DNA of 64,000 nt from Pocillopora damicornis (Eukaryota). Every line of letters begins with the position of its first letter. Positions within the stretch are counted from its first letter, which is position 1. The notes beneath the pieces were generated by a model that was given only the letters and a program-made list of their open reading frames with translations, was not told the origin of the DNA and ran no database searches. Location of the stretch: assembly GCF_003704095.1 (NCBI RefSeq), contig NW_020844463.1:310001-374000 (forward strand), in the 5' to 3' direction. Position numbers and translations under genes: made by a program. This document shows, piece by piece, positions 26,501 through 39,769 of the stretch.

Positions 26501-27236
26501 GCCTTTGATCGCCCTCAAAAGGAATCTTGTTGAAAGAAATATTCTTCATCAAGTCAGGGGTATTCAAACAACCTCAAACTACACATCCAAATGGCATTTT
26601 TTTGCTCAAAAGATCGTAAACAATAGATTCCACACTCACTTTGCTTCTTTGATAAACTTGGCCTTACTATCGTGACGTCACGAATAATTGGGTACCAGTA
26701 CTCTTTCGCACGGCCGAAGAGGTACGGGAAGCCTAAATTCGCTACAATTTCGGACTTTTATCGCCTCGTAAAATAACAGACGCATCAGAATCACTCACAA
26801 ATCTTACCAGACACCCTCTACATGCTTCTATTTTTGTGATTTAATGCTAAAAAATAGGCGTCATAAGGACTTTAACAATGGTGCACTGAAAACCTTTTCT
26901 CTTTTAGCTTGAACGGTTTCATTGTCAATGCTGGCTTCAAAAATTCGCACTTTGAGTGTGGCTGTTTCAATGTCGTTGAGCGCGTCTAAAAGTTCTTGTT
27001 GCCAAAGTAAAGCATTGCATCTTTCCTTTAATTGTAATCTTTCAATTACTAGTTGTTAGCATGACTCAGCAACCGCCTGATCGACCTTCACCTCCTTTAT
27101 TTTTACACTTAAGTGGGAACTTGAACACTTACTGCTCTTTGTTGTCATCAGCAAAAACCTTGAAGCCGGGTGTTCCGCATCAATTCTATCACTTTCAATT
27201 CCAATATCATTTTTGAGAAGAAATCGCCAGTGCCAT

Positions 27237-27430
27237 CCATACATACATACTTTATTTAAGGTGGATATACACTAAACTTGAGAGCAAGTTTACAGGTATT
27301 CCACCCAACAACTAATTGAAACCTAACAACGAAACAGCACTAATGTCACAATACATCAGGTAAAATCACGAATCAAGTATTGATTAAAACTATTTAAAAC
27401 CATTATTACAATATTACCGCCGCAGTCAAA
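27237..27430 (-). mobile_element. LINE 3' end with (ATGT)n tail
   Basis: Minus strand reads ...aataaagtatgtatgtatgg, a typical L2/CR1-group tail. A similar tail lies on the plus strand at about 8855-8880. Confidence 0.4.
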
Positions 27431-29124
27431 ATACTAGTCAAAACTAATGTTACGAATTTAATAATCCTTAAGGCTCTCAAGCTCTCATTCGTAACATTAA
27501 GGGTCTTAAGGGACTCCTCTTAACATCCCTTCCCACGTGGAGAAAGCGGTACCGAGCTTCACTCTTTGATGGCGAGAAGAGAGAGAGCTTCACATTAGAG
27601 ATAGCGCATGATCACTTAAGCCATAGAATTTAAGTTTTTCTAGAATTCAGTCGTATGGTAGACAGTCAAAGGCCTTACTTAAATGGCTATCGTGCCGAAA
27701 ATGTTGTGATTATCAAGATTCTCCATCCACTGTTCAGTGAGTGCAAGGGGTGCCGTTGGGCAACCATGATATTTTCTGTATCCAAACATAGAATTATGAA
27801 AAATATTCTCTGAATAAATTGTCAATTATTCATGAATGAGATGTTCAAAGATCTCGGAGACAGCTGGAAGAACTGTGACAGGTCGGAAATTCTCCATAAA
27901 CAATCCATGCAAATTTTGAAAGAAATGTCGCTTAATACTACACATTCTACGCCTCACATGACTGCACGTTTAATCTAATTCCTAGATAGACAAATGTTTA
28001 GGTGTAAAGATGTGTAAATTTGTCGATGTGATTTGACTAAAAATGATTAATTAAAACAAATATCTAAGTACAAATACAATGACAACAAGAATAACGACAG
28101 AGTAACACGAAAGAGTAACGAACTTACAATTTGTGGCGTAACCAGGTCTGGCAGTAATACTCTTACACAAAAGGAACACGGCGCTAGCAAAAATTAGCAA
28201 AACAATGAAGAGAAATGCAAAATCTTGTGGCAACAAGTGCTTTGTAATGGAACATATGAGGTCTTGATATGCTTACCATATATGGTAGTCGTGTAACAAC
28301 CCCATCTCACTTGCTTGCCATAATTACGCGTAATCTTTACTTCCCCACCCCCATCCTTTGCCTTATTTTTGACTATCGACTGCCCCCTCTATACAAATTT
28401 CTTTCTTTCCCCAGCCTTCCGCTGCCATTAAACTCAAAGATGGCGGTAATAATCTTTTAAAGAAAATACTAAGAACTAGCTTGTCAAAATTACATGTAAT
28501 CTTCACCTCTTCTGGGAGAAACATCCTTTTCCATTGATGTTGTGAGGCTTGTGGGTACAGCTATCACCAGCTTTATCATCACTTTCATTTCCTCGGTAAG
28601 GTTCAAGAAATCACAATTCCACCATAATAAGGAGAATATCAACGGATATAGCGCTAGTCCACGGTAGAAATATTATTAATGCACATTCACAGGGTGGGGG
28701 TCCCTCTAATTGCATCAGGACTTTCCGGAGTCCTGCACGCTAATTGGTAGGCCGCTGTGCCTCCCTACTTAAAGAAGGGCGTGTGTAAAAAAGTCAATTT
28801 TTCTTCGGGAAATCTGTTTATCGCCAAAATCATGATAAAAGGGAAAACATTTTTCATTACCTATTTGTAAAACTTAAAAAAATACGGACAAGCACGCACC
28901 AGGAGTAGTTCTTTTGTTAACACCATCCGCACTATCATCAGCATCCTCAACATCAAATTTGCCATCAGTTTCTGAAAGATTGAGGTCGGCAATGTCTGGC
29001 ACAAGTTTTGTAATAAGCACATCAGATGAGCATACAAAAGACATTCAGTAACTACCTGAGTTCTTATACATCAAGCAAAGAAATGATACACAAATTTCAA
29101 ATTAAGACCGGTCTCACTAAAAAT

Positions 29125-29202
29125 TACAATAATAGCAATATCAAAGACAACATCATCATTATAATCATCATCAACAACAGTAACAATAACAACAATAATA
29201 AT

Positions 29203-29236
<34 letters not shown>

Positions 29237-29237
29237 G
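29125..29237. repeat. (AAT/AAC/ATC)n compound microsatellite
   Basis: aacaataataatattaataataataataat... directly visible. Confidence 0.95.
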
Positions 29238-29829
29238 TTAGAAATAGTGTTCACTAGAAATGCCCCCACGCGCGAAAACTTGTTTATGACAATGTGTATT
29301 GAATATAAATACTGTGGATACGGCTGTTGAAAATTTCATGCCAAAACTTTTATTGAAGTTAGCACCCATGCAAGTAGAAAACATATTTGTAAATTGGACG
29401 ATAAAATATATTATAATCCTGCAGTATGATATGAATATTCTGTCTCACAGCAACTTATTTTATGTTAATAAATTTGTGTAATGTTTGGGAAAAAATATCA
29501 CCAATAACCACTACATCAATAATAGCCAAACTTACAACAAAGTATCGCCAGAAAATGTATTGGTTCACAATCTAATTACCCAAAAACCAGGCCATATAAA
29601 TTTCGGGATTTCTTTCTGTCATGTCTCAATGAGGTTTTGAGTTATGAAAAGGTTTTATAATCATTTAATTTGGTGCACTCTTCTAGCTGAAAACTTGGAC
29701 ATAAAGTCTTTTTTTCTGCAGTTTTAACTTCAAAAGCTCAAACCGTCACTGTTTTGACTGAAAAATTAAATAGAAGTTACTAAATCACTATTTTAAATTC
29801 ACCTTCTGCAGTAGCGTGTTCAACTGCCG

Positions 29830-30686
29830 TGTGGCCCACTAAACAATTAATGGCCTCTCATCAACCACCAACATGAGTAGCTCCATAGGCCATCACGCTG
29901 ATGTAATTACCTCTTTGGTAAGCTGGTCTTTACACACTTTTCCGATCACTTACATTTCTGTGCACGACTTGTCATTTGAATACGTGGAATTAATTCTTCT
30001 TTTGAAGCACCAAGAGTTCTTTGAACTTGCTGAAGGGTAACTCTTCTTTGGCCGAGAAATAGATAGTGTTCAACTTTACTGCCATTTCCCTTCGACTTCT
30101 TTCCCATTTATCTTTCGTCCCTTTCCAAAAGGTTTTTCACGATTGATGACAACTACACAGATTCACGCTTGGCTTGCATGGCCTGTAAATGACCATTGCT
30201 CGTTCCATGAATTTGAATGGTTTCCTCTTTAAAAGAAGGTCATCCAGAAAGGAAAAGTGACTTTCCGGCCACCTCAGCTGGTGCTTCAAGGCAAATGCTG
30301 CAGGTCATGGAATTATCTTGTTCTGAATACACCAGCCAGGGAAACTCCTCTTTCCACGTTGGAATGAATTTCCTTTTCTGTGTCGGAGCCCATGGTGGTG
30401 ATGCAGGCTTCTTAATGCCCTGGCCATTTAGTTTGTCGTCAAATTCAGCCTGTTCCGAAGTTCTTCTCTGAGATGGCCTGCTGGGTAGAGTTTGGGAAGT
30501 GCTTTCTGATTTCTTCTGAAACGCAAGAAGGGTCGGCTGTGTTTTTGGTTTCATGCTTATTTGTTTGTTCACAGTTGTTTTAGAATGGCTCACTGTTTGG
30601 TTATCATTATGTTCAGTGGTACAAAATGATTTGGGACAAAACAGGATCCAGGGCGACTGTAAAAAGCTCCAACTCTTGACCATCAA
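29830..30686 (-). pseudogene. Decayed ZNF862/TTF-zinc-finger hAT-type transposase (N-terminal part)
   Basis: KRKFIPTWKEEFPWLVYSEQDNSMTCSICLE...LFLSG*PSFKEETIQIHGTSNGH (TTF-type finger), then MAVKLNTIYFSAKEELPFSKFKELLVLQKKN (DUF4371-like), with stops and frameshifts. Termini not identified. Confidence 0.7.
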
Positions 30687-31457
30687 ATGTTAATTTTGTT
30701 GATCTGTGATCCTGAATCATTCCCTTTAGCTTGCGATAGCTTTGGCATTACAACTCTATGTAACAATGTTTGCAATGGAAAATTGACATTGGGGTATAGA
30801 GAAAAAATTGGCCGTAAAATTACGGATGCAAGAGCCAGGATATTCAACATAGATGACCACCCGCCTGCACAGGCAGTAGTTAAGAGATTGTCTCTGTTAG
30901 AGCGGTCCGGTCGATTTTGCTTGAGACACAGATTTCGCTCATTTCTAGTGTGTTGTAAGACATTCATATACCTATACTAAAACCACAATCCGTTTGATCA
31001 GATCTCTTTATTTTTCAGAGTTTTACGGAAATTAAATTTCACTCGAGCGAAGGCCTGTGGTGACACTTTTCAAGACTAATTTAAGACAACTCAGCAAACA
31101 ACAAATACCACAGCCATGTATATTAACTCTATGTTATCCATCGAAGTGACTTTCGTGAACATTACGTTTCAATCAAGCCAACAGGAAGACTTGAATGACA
31201 CCTTATCGGTTTGCTTAGATCACACACGCGAAAACCAATCAATTTCAAGGTAGATTTTTGAAAAAGTGAGGCGTTCTTTACTGATCCAGTTAGGAAGTAG
31301 GTGCCATAGGAAAGGTAACTACAAAAAAAAAACTTTCCGGCCCGGCCTTTACAAAAATACTATAACTCTGTGAACTTACCTAATTTTCGGCAATCTCCAA
31401 GTTGGGCCGCCATTTTGAGGGACTTGTCAACGTGAAGCGTAGCAGATATAAATCAAG

Positions 31458-32064
31458 CGGGTAGATCTAAAACTGTCAGAAATGCATACGAAAGCAATTC
31501 AAATGAACTTTACTTTGAATTCAAGTGGCAAAATTTGAAATTGTTCGTTAACCTTACGATCCCCATTCGACCATTTCTTCCAACAATTCAAACACTACAA
31601 CTAGTGTTCGAATTCCCCTCATCGATTCCACCGTAAGAAATAACCTGTGCCACCCAAGCTTCGACTCGAATGTGAAGTACGAGTCAAATAACATAATTGC
31701 TTCATCTTCGAGACAATATCACACTGGTATTTTGATTTTCTGATAGACAAGAACGGTGATCAGGAAGCGATCGCCATGTTTACCTCACAAACGTGACCAG
31801 CCGCTGAGTGAAAACAGAAAACGATTCAGTCGCCTAGACCTGACCGAAGCAATGCTTCCTGCGTCACAATAAAAAAACCACCTGCAATGTTTGAAGTAAA
31901 AAATATCAGTGTCCAAGTGAGTGAGTCAGCTTGCCTTTTCTGGGAAACAGAAACATCCGCTTGGAAAACTACAGGATGCAGGGAAAGGGAATAAGAATTA
32001 GCTAGCAATCGCTATAAAAAAAAACCCGTAAAAAAAATAGATCCTATTACTGTTGATCTACCTG
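31458..32064. mobile_element. Possible non-autonomous hAT element
   Basis: Ends cgggtagatc / gatctacctg (9/10 inverted). Flanks aaatcaag / caatcacg match at 6/8 as a decayed 8-bp TSD. Confidence 0.35.
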
Positions 32065-32506
32065 CAATCACGGAAAAAAATCATTGGGAAACTAAATTAA
32101 ATGTATCCCTACTTTTAACCTAAAACAATATTTCCTACTTCTCCTTCCCCATTTCCCTCCTTTAATGTTAATTTTCGGAAATCGTATTTGGGTGTATCTA
32201 AGTAAGAAAAGGTTAGAGAAGGGGATTTTTTTTTTTCACGTCAGTACTTATTGTTTGGAAAAGTAAAACTGTGCCTGTGAATAGACTGTTTCAACAGATT
32301 TTGTCCGCAATTGTAACTGTCGATTTTTCAATAAATTGATGGAAACTTTACCTCGTGTCCGTCTTTGTTTTCGCGATTAGAACCAATTTTCATCTTATAT
32401 GTCGCTGCGTTGCCTGCTGGCAATTCGTGAAAGATTTTATAACCAAAAACAATAAGAGGAGTGTCTGATTTGATTTATTTTATTGTCTTTGTATATGCGT
32501 GATCAG

Positions 32507-35500
32507 GCGATGTATTTCGATTCAGAAAATGACACATGTTGTAAAGTTTGCTTTTACAACCACGCTAATTGATACTTTTTTTTTCAAAGGTTGAGGAGGT
32601 CATAAACAATTCAGATATGAAATGTATCTGCAACCACTTGACGTCGTTTGGAGGAGGCTATCTGGGGCCTCCAAATGATGTTAGTTTTGTCAAAGTCTTT
32701 CGAGAGCTTCGTTCACCGAATGAGAGCGGAAAATTTCTTGTCCTTGCTATCCTCCAAGCAACTTTGCTTCTCTACCTGGTTGCAATCGTTTTCGCAAGAA
32801 GAGAAGACCGAAAAGATAGAGCTAAGGTCAGTTGAATGAACTATTCCGACACTTGAACAACTTGCTGAGATGTTGCTTTATGCAGCGAATTCTATATGCA
32901 TGTATTCTCTATAGGATTTGTTGAAAAACTACCTAAAATGTTTCTTTAAAGTGTAGTAAAATATGATATAACTCGCCAAAATAAGTTTGAAGCGTGCCTT
33001 TTTTTTAGCAATTGCTCTTAATAAAAAGGGATTTTTCCTCATCGTGATAACATGGTGATAGATGGCCTAGCACTAAGAACAATCGCTACACCCCAAAGCC
33101 CGAGCGTTAGTCCTTAAGCCAGTTGTTAATATCTTTGTTTAACACCTAAATCAACTTTAAACATCTATTTTCAGCTGCAAGATTCAGAGCCTCCAGTGTT
33201 CTATCAAGCATCAGAGTTAGCTAATTGTCGTTACGAGCTGACCATTAAGACTGGTGTCTGATTAGGATCCGGTACAACCGCTAACGTATCCTTCGTACTC
33301 TTTGGAGTCGAAGGCAGGAGCGACATCCTTACCATCCGACAAGACTTCGATGCAGGGTTCCACCTGAAGTTTGCCAGAGGAACCGAACACAAATTCGCGG
33401 CCATTTTAGACAAAATTTTAGGTGATATTTACAATCTTCACGTCAGCCACGATAACTCTGGTAATGATCCTTCTTGGTTTTTGTAATACATTAAAATCGT
33501 TCCTGCTGGAACCGACAATAGTTGGAAATTCTCATTTGAAACATGGCTAAGCCTGGAGGATGAATCTCTATCAAATGAATGTTCGCAGAGTCCTTCCAAC
33601 GCTCAGGGAAGCATAACAGCTGGAGCCTTACGCGAAATGTTTTCCGATGGGCATCTGTGGATGTCTATCTTAACGAAAACCCCTGGGAGTTGCTTTTCTA
33701 GATTCCAGAGAATCTCTTTATGCCTCTGTTTGCTCTACTGCACAATGGATGCCAGTGCTGTGTTTTATTACTTGGGTAACGAACCCTCCCAAAAAATCAG
33801 CCTGGGACCACTCCGATTCTCAGCGCGACAAGCTCTTACAAGCCTTCGGAGTATCCTTCTCACCTTGCCAACTCACATAATCATTACGCTGTTTAGGAAG
33901 GCCTCAGCAAATCCTCATAATCGATTTTGGCGATGCGTGCTTTTCTTGACGTGGGGTCTACTTTGCCTAGTGACTGCCACGGGTTTGACTGTGTCATACA
34001 GTCTCATGTGGGGAAGCGAAAAAAGTCATGAGTGGATGTCGTCAGTCTCTGTTTCCATTTTTCAAGATAGCTTTGTATTGCAACCTAAATGCTTTTTCCT
34101 CGCTGTGCTGGCCACGATGTTGTCAAACTGCAGAGTCAGAAAGGTATTTTGCAGTAAACAGTCCCCTGTGGAATCTGCAGATGACAATCGAGGCTCAACA
34201 TCCACAAAGCCAAATGAATTGTCAGCATCGAGGAAAAAAAGTGTGGCAATGGCCAGGCGTCGGTTAATGATTAGACAGACTCTCTTTTACATGTTCTTTT
34301 TTTGTAGTTGTTGGTGTCCTTACGTACGGAAACAGGGATTTTTCAAGATATCTGTTCGTCAAAACTTTGGAGGACCACACGGAAAGTTTTGCGGAGGTAA
34401 GAAAATAAACGGATAGAAAAAGAAAGATCATAGTTTTTAGTTGGGATGACCCAGCTCAAACTTTACTATTTTCCTTATCTTTATAGAAAAATACTATGCA
34501 TACACAGAGCTTTTCAGTACAAGGTGGTCATAAGCTTGAGTCCAGTTCAATCACTTTTAAAGGCAATTAAAATTTTCTTCTGAGATATATGATGTTTGTT
34601 TATTTTATACAATTCATGCATCAACTAGGAACTCTCACAGCCATCACTTACCAGCAAGCTGTCTGTTACATTTGGATAAAATGCTGCACTGCTTTTGCTT
34701 GTTTTTGACTTTAAAATTGGGACTTAACTAAGGATGGTCTCTAACGATTTTCTTGGCAGGAATAAGAGATACCTTGATCAGTTTAGAAGAAAATAATATG
34801 CATAATAATAATTATACTTTGATACAGTTTTGAAGTGTGCTCCCTTCCTATGAGATGAAAACTAACAAAGATCCCCAGTATCATAGCATGTAGGTTAAGT
34901 AATTATTACTCAGGGAAAAATGATTTCTATTATTTTGAGTTGGAAAACTCCCGTGTACTATTTTTCTCTACTTATTTTTGTAGGTGAAAGATGAAACTTC
35001 ATTCTGGAACTGGATAAATGAGTCGCTGATCACATATCTTTACTCGATAAATCAAGAAAGCAGTGAGCTGGCATCTACAGTGATCGGAATGGTCAGAATG
35101 CGCCAGCTGAGAGTGAAAAAAGGTACACCTAATACGCTTTTCTCATTATTATTGCATGAATACAGTTTAACTCCTAACACTCATTTTCTACTTAGTTCAA
35201 TGCCTTTCGGACGAAGTCACACAATGGTGGCAACAGCCTTGCTCAGAGTCCTACTCTCGCAAAAATGAATACTGAGAGCCTCTTCGTCCTAAGAAAGGAA
35301 CCTCGCCACTCCGGTTCAATCAGAGTCCAATTCCATGGCTATATAAAACAGCAAGCGAACTCGACTCTTCTTCAAAATGGTGCCGCCATGCTTAGTATGG
35401 TGGCGGTGGGTATTTGGCTGAGCTGGGCTACGAAGAAGAAACTGCCCGTGCGATAACAAATCTTTTGCAATCAGGACCTTGAGTCAATCGTCAAACAAGT

Positions 35501-36763
35501 GCCATCGTGTTGGAGTTTTTGCTTTTAAATCCAGGGACAAACATTTTGGCTGTCTCTTCTTTTTTTGTAGAATTTCTCCAAACTGGTCAGGCAACGGTAA
35601 AAAGAAGCATTGATACCATCTCGCTGTACACCACAGAATCCTTCCTACATATTTTTCAAGGCATATGCTTTGTGTTTTTTATAGCCATGGTTATTTTCAA
35701 AATCGGCGAAACAATAGCATATTTAGTCAGAGGGCGGTGCCGATACGTTTGCTCTTTTAGGTGTTTGCTTGATTTTGGCCATTTAGCGACATCCATTTTA
35801 CTACTTGTATCGAGTTTTATGAAGTCTTACCTCACAAAGATGAGTGTGCTTAGGCTGGATGAAAACACATTTGCTCATGTAAACTTTGAAACGCCCCTCT
35901 TATGGGCAGAAGTTGAAAACAGTCTTCTCGCCTTTCTCACTTGCTTAACAACCTTTAAGCGACTACAACTTACCTATTTTAATTTCTACACGCGGTTGTT
36001 CTCTAATGCTTTAAGGATCTGGATGCACGACCTTCTCTCGTTCTGTATGGTCTTATCGATCATATTTCTTGCTTTTCTGCACACGGGAATTTTAGTTTTC
36101 GGTCCGTCCATCGGCAGGTACGCGAGCTTTTGGCGGGCCTTTGCTTTCCAGCTGGAGATAACTCTTGGCAAAGTGAAGGCTCGACCTATAAAGGAACTGG
36201 CTGAAGGCATCCCAATTTTTGGACACCTTTTTGCGGTTTCACTTCTTTTTAGCATTACCATAGTTTTAATGAACTTTTTTGTCTCCACATTAAATGATTC
36301 CCTCGCCAAAGCTAAGACTGTGGAAGTAGATAAGGAAACTGAACAGGCGGTAACTGCTGGGCAGCCTGTGAACACAATTGTTGACAAGACTAACGGAGTT
36401 AACGTTTCATCTGAGAATAAGGAAAACGAGAGAAAAGGAGAGAAAATGCGTGAAGGAGAGACAACCGAAAGAGGGAATCGCGCGATATTCTTTGATAAAA
36501 TCAGCAAGTGCCTCAAGACAAAGGCTTTCTTCGATGAAATCAGTGAGCAGCTCAAGACCATTGATACCCTTCAGCTGCCCATCCTGCGTTTAAAGGTAGA
36601 TAAGGTTTCCAGACGTATCGACGATGCCATTTCTAATGACGTGGATATTAGAGAGCCATCGACAGTCAATCAAAAGGGGAAAAGGAGAATCCAGTTTGGA
36701 AACAGCGTTACAATACCGTTTACAGAGCATCGTAATCCCTTTCCACAACAGGAGAAAGTATAA
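32507..36763 (+). pseudogene. Polycystin-1-like (PKD1L1/PKD1L2-type) pseudogene: GPS, TM1, PLAT, TM, polycystin channel domain
   Basis: Exons about 32507-32545 (GPS first-half remnant MYFDSENDT..CK), 32590-32826 (CICNHLTSFG GPS + TM), 33175-34396 (YELTIKTG..GSGTTANV..F.RG..HDNSG.DPSWFL PLAT; HLWMSI..FSRFQR), 34984-35122 (GMVRMRQLRVK), 35196-36763 (YGGGGYLAELG; IVLMNFFVSTLNDS). Nonsense codons at 33259, 33484, 35273, 35393 and 35480; frameshift in the T-run near 34295-34303. Confidence 0.88.
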
Positions 36764-39700
36764 GAAAACAAATTTGAGATAGTGCGATATCGTTCGTTCT
36801 TTATTCAGATAAAGGCATAATGCTAGGATCTTGATTGAGAAAAACCACTGTTCTTGCGATGGATTGTGTCACTTTTGTGTTCATGTCACTTGGTGCGTGA
36901 ACTTTGTCAAGTGCGTTAACATAGTTGAGATGAAGCTCTGCATACATGTTACGTGGCACTAATCTGATATCGGTTGTAAAGAGTGTAATTGCATGGCTTT
37001 GATATTTCATTGACTGGTAACTACTTCAGATCTAGAGGGACAATCAGGCAGTAAATACGCGGGAAATTACTGAATACAACACTTGGATAATACTATCAAA
37101 GTAGGAAAAAATTAAGGTATGGGGATTTTCATCTTCAGTTTTTTTAATTTATCCTGAGGCAGACTCTTCTTTGATACTGAGGAACATCATCTAGCCGGGA
37201 AGAAAAGATCGCCTAATCTGAGTGAGCTAAAATCGAAGAAAGCAATCCCATGGCTCATTTCTGTATTACATTTCTTTGATGTCTTAATCTTTATGTCGAG
37301 TGATGGTTTCGTTACCATGTCATTACATCACAGTAAGATCATAACTCACTTGTTACTCGGTCAGAGAAAATTTGGGTAAGTTTCAAAACTGACCATTCTA
37401 TGATGGATCAATTACAAACTATAGCTGAAGTGAAAAAAACAAACAAACAAACAAAAACACTAAGAATAAGCATCTACGGAGAAATGAAAAATTAATGGAT
37501 TACTTTCCAATAAGCGTGGCTTCGTATGGGTGTAACTTCCGTAGCGGAGTGGAAGTTGCTGACTGGGGCATAATTTTGTCAAGTTAATCTCAGTAACTCA
37601 AAATATGTGTGATAGGCTGATCCACAAAATTGAAGCTGTAAATTTGTTTCTGTGTTATCTTGCATCAGCGAAGAGAATAATTTTGATTTTCAATCAGCTT
37701 TTGGCATTTTTTTGTTATTGTTTGGTGGAGATGGAGTGCGACTTTGCCTTGTCACCACCAATCACCAAATTAAAGAAAGGCGGGCTGAGAAGTCTTGATT
37801 AGTGATATATTTAAGGCCAATCTGCCGTTTGTATATTAGTTATCTAATGTTTAAGCCTAATAAATTGTTATAAATCAGTTTGGTAAGATTTTTTTTAACC
37901 TGGTCAGAAGGAAATCAAGGAAGTCGAGTGCGATTTGCTGCATATCTTCAGTCGTTGCTTGAAGTTTAGGAGAAAGTGCCGCTACAGGTCTAGACATGTT
38001 CTGAGTAAAAAATTCCTTGACTGATCATTTGACAGTAAGAAACTATTGGGCAACAATATACTGCTGGTAAATCAGGCTTACAGAGAGATAAATAAATTAC
38101 GCACAGTGAAGAGTGCACCATTTTTTAAGGTTTTATTCTAGATTTTAATTACATAATAATTGCTATTTTTTTCTCTACTCAGATTTGTGATAAGTAAAAG
38201 TAGAAAAGGACGATTTTTCGTCTTGTCACGAGCAAGTTTCATTGAAAACATTCAGAGTCCTCATGTAAAATAGAAGCTAGACTTTCTGTTGCCACAAACG
38301 GTGACTAACCTTGAAAATCAAAATTTTGAATCAAACTCTTGCACGGAGGCGTCGATCAAACCAGCCCTATATATTGTACACAGCGTTTAATGCAACATTA
38401 AGTTCAAAATGGAGAAAAAGCTGAAAGACAAACAGGAGCGTTAACTTGGTGACCGCGCATGCTCGAAAACTTAGATATCCCGTCGGCCGAGCGTCGAGAA
38501 GCTGTAACACCTTCGGTTTCCGCGCTTTGATACTGTACCTTTAAGCCATAGAGAGTTACGGTGAGTAAGGCCATTACACGGCTCTTTGTGACACGCATCT
38601 TGAATACTGCAAGGCAGTAGGGCTTGTACCTTTGGCAGAAACTGTTGGCCATTTTGAAAATGTATCGACACTTCTCCACTGATGATAGTAACTCACACTT
38701 CCCTTACCTGCCCTATCCGGGCCCGAGTCTAATAGGGCTAAACGCAGTAACGAATGAAGTAGAATAGTTTGTTTTACAATGTAGTCAACTTTTGACGTGG
38801 ATCTCGACGATTCAGCTGCATCCTAACAGTCGTCTTCACTTAGGCGTGTGCAGTTGACTTCATTGCCTGAAGAGGACTATTTGAAAGGTCGACTTTTTTC
38901 TTGTAGATTAAATATTTATATTAAATATTTACTTTACTTTAATATTTATATTAAATCAAAATATCGAGTACTATCATTGCAAGATAATAAATGAACAAAT
39001 ATATCAAATGAAAATGACTGAACGTATCGATGAAGTAACAAACCAAATTTTATTTCAACTTTGCTGAAAGTAAACTATAGTTGAGCTCTTTTACCATAAG
39101 AAATAAAACGAAAAACGACTGGGAGTTTCTAACATTCCATTCCAGAGTTGAACAATTTTTAAGACAAGATTCTGAAATCCATATGGTTAGTAAAACGACT
39201 AAATGAAGAATGATCAACTAATACTTTGATTAAAGGTTTCAATAAGCACAATAAGGAGATCAGAACAAAACTAGATTGTTGTGAATCTCAGTCGCAATGC
39301 TGAATGGTAATGCATAAATTTGCCCTTGGTTATTTAACTGAGAATGATTTTATTGGAAATTACTTTCCAAGTGTATTGATCAAATAGGAAACTGTTCAGT
39401 GTAGGGAAGAAAATTTTGTTTTGACAGAAAGATATATAAAAGAGCAAAGTTGTGTTAGACGAAGAACTGATTAAGGAGAAAAATCAGTTGAGGATAGAGA
39501 ATTAGTACAAAGGGTTGTCTAGAGCCGGTTAGTTAGAGAGGCAATTAATTAGGGGATATGAGCAAAGCCTTTCAGTAATTAGTAATAGGTATGTTATTAA
39601 GTTAATCTCAGTTAGTCACTCCACTGTAATGGTTATTTTTAAGTCAAATTGATTGTGCAACCACTGCGGTAGGTGAGAAAATTAATATATTATATATATG

Positions 39701-39769
39701 GGGATTGAGGATGAGAGAATTAACTTGGATCGTTATGTTACACTCAAAGATATCGGTGGGTGTTTTTAT

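Larger units (their letters stand above)
22998..26871 (-). mobile_element. THAP-domain transposase remnant (possibly Kolobok-type element), interrupted by hAT copy C
   Basis: Removing hAT 23922-26500 plus one TSD copy restores MPFGCVV*GCLNTPDLMKNISFNKIPFEGDQR|QEAKKRRKRWIQFVSAKHAKWAPTLNSQISSMLFKPEDF...VPSI (ATG at 26597), a degenerate THAP domain. Downstream are a CxxC/coiled segment (23162-23476) and an acidic tract (23000-23180). Upstream end abuts TTAA at 26872-26875. The THAP call is strong; the Kolobok assignment is inference. Confidence 0.65.

Noticed and set aside
33259-35482. In-frame TGA codons in the polycystin gene as selenocysteine or readthrough
   Set aside because: TAA and TAG stops and a frameshift are also present, and the TGAs fall at probable Trp/Arg positions; simple pseudogenisation explains them.
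35986-36561. 191-aa antisense ORF
   Set aside because: Shadow of the polycystin coding strand with no independent features. The same applies to antisense ORFs over the hAT transposase and SF3A1 exons.
38404-38679. Minus-strand ORF with a hydrophobic stretch (MANSFCQ...RVMALLTVTLYGLK), vaguely like an ABCD-family N-terminus
   Set aside because: Similarity is too weak and no downstream exons could be found; left unannotated.
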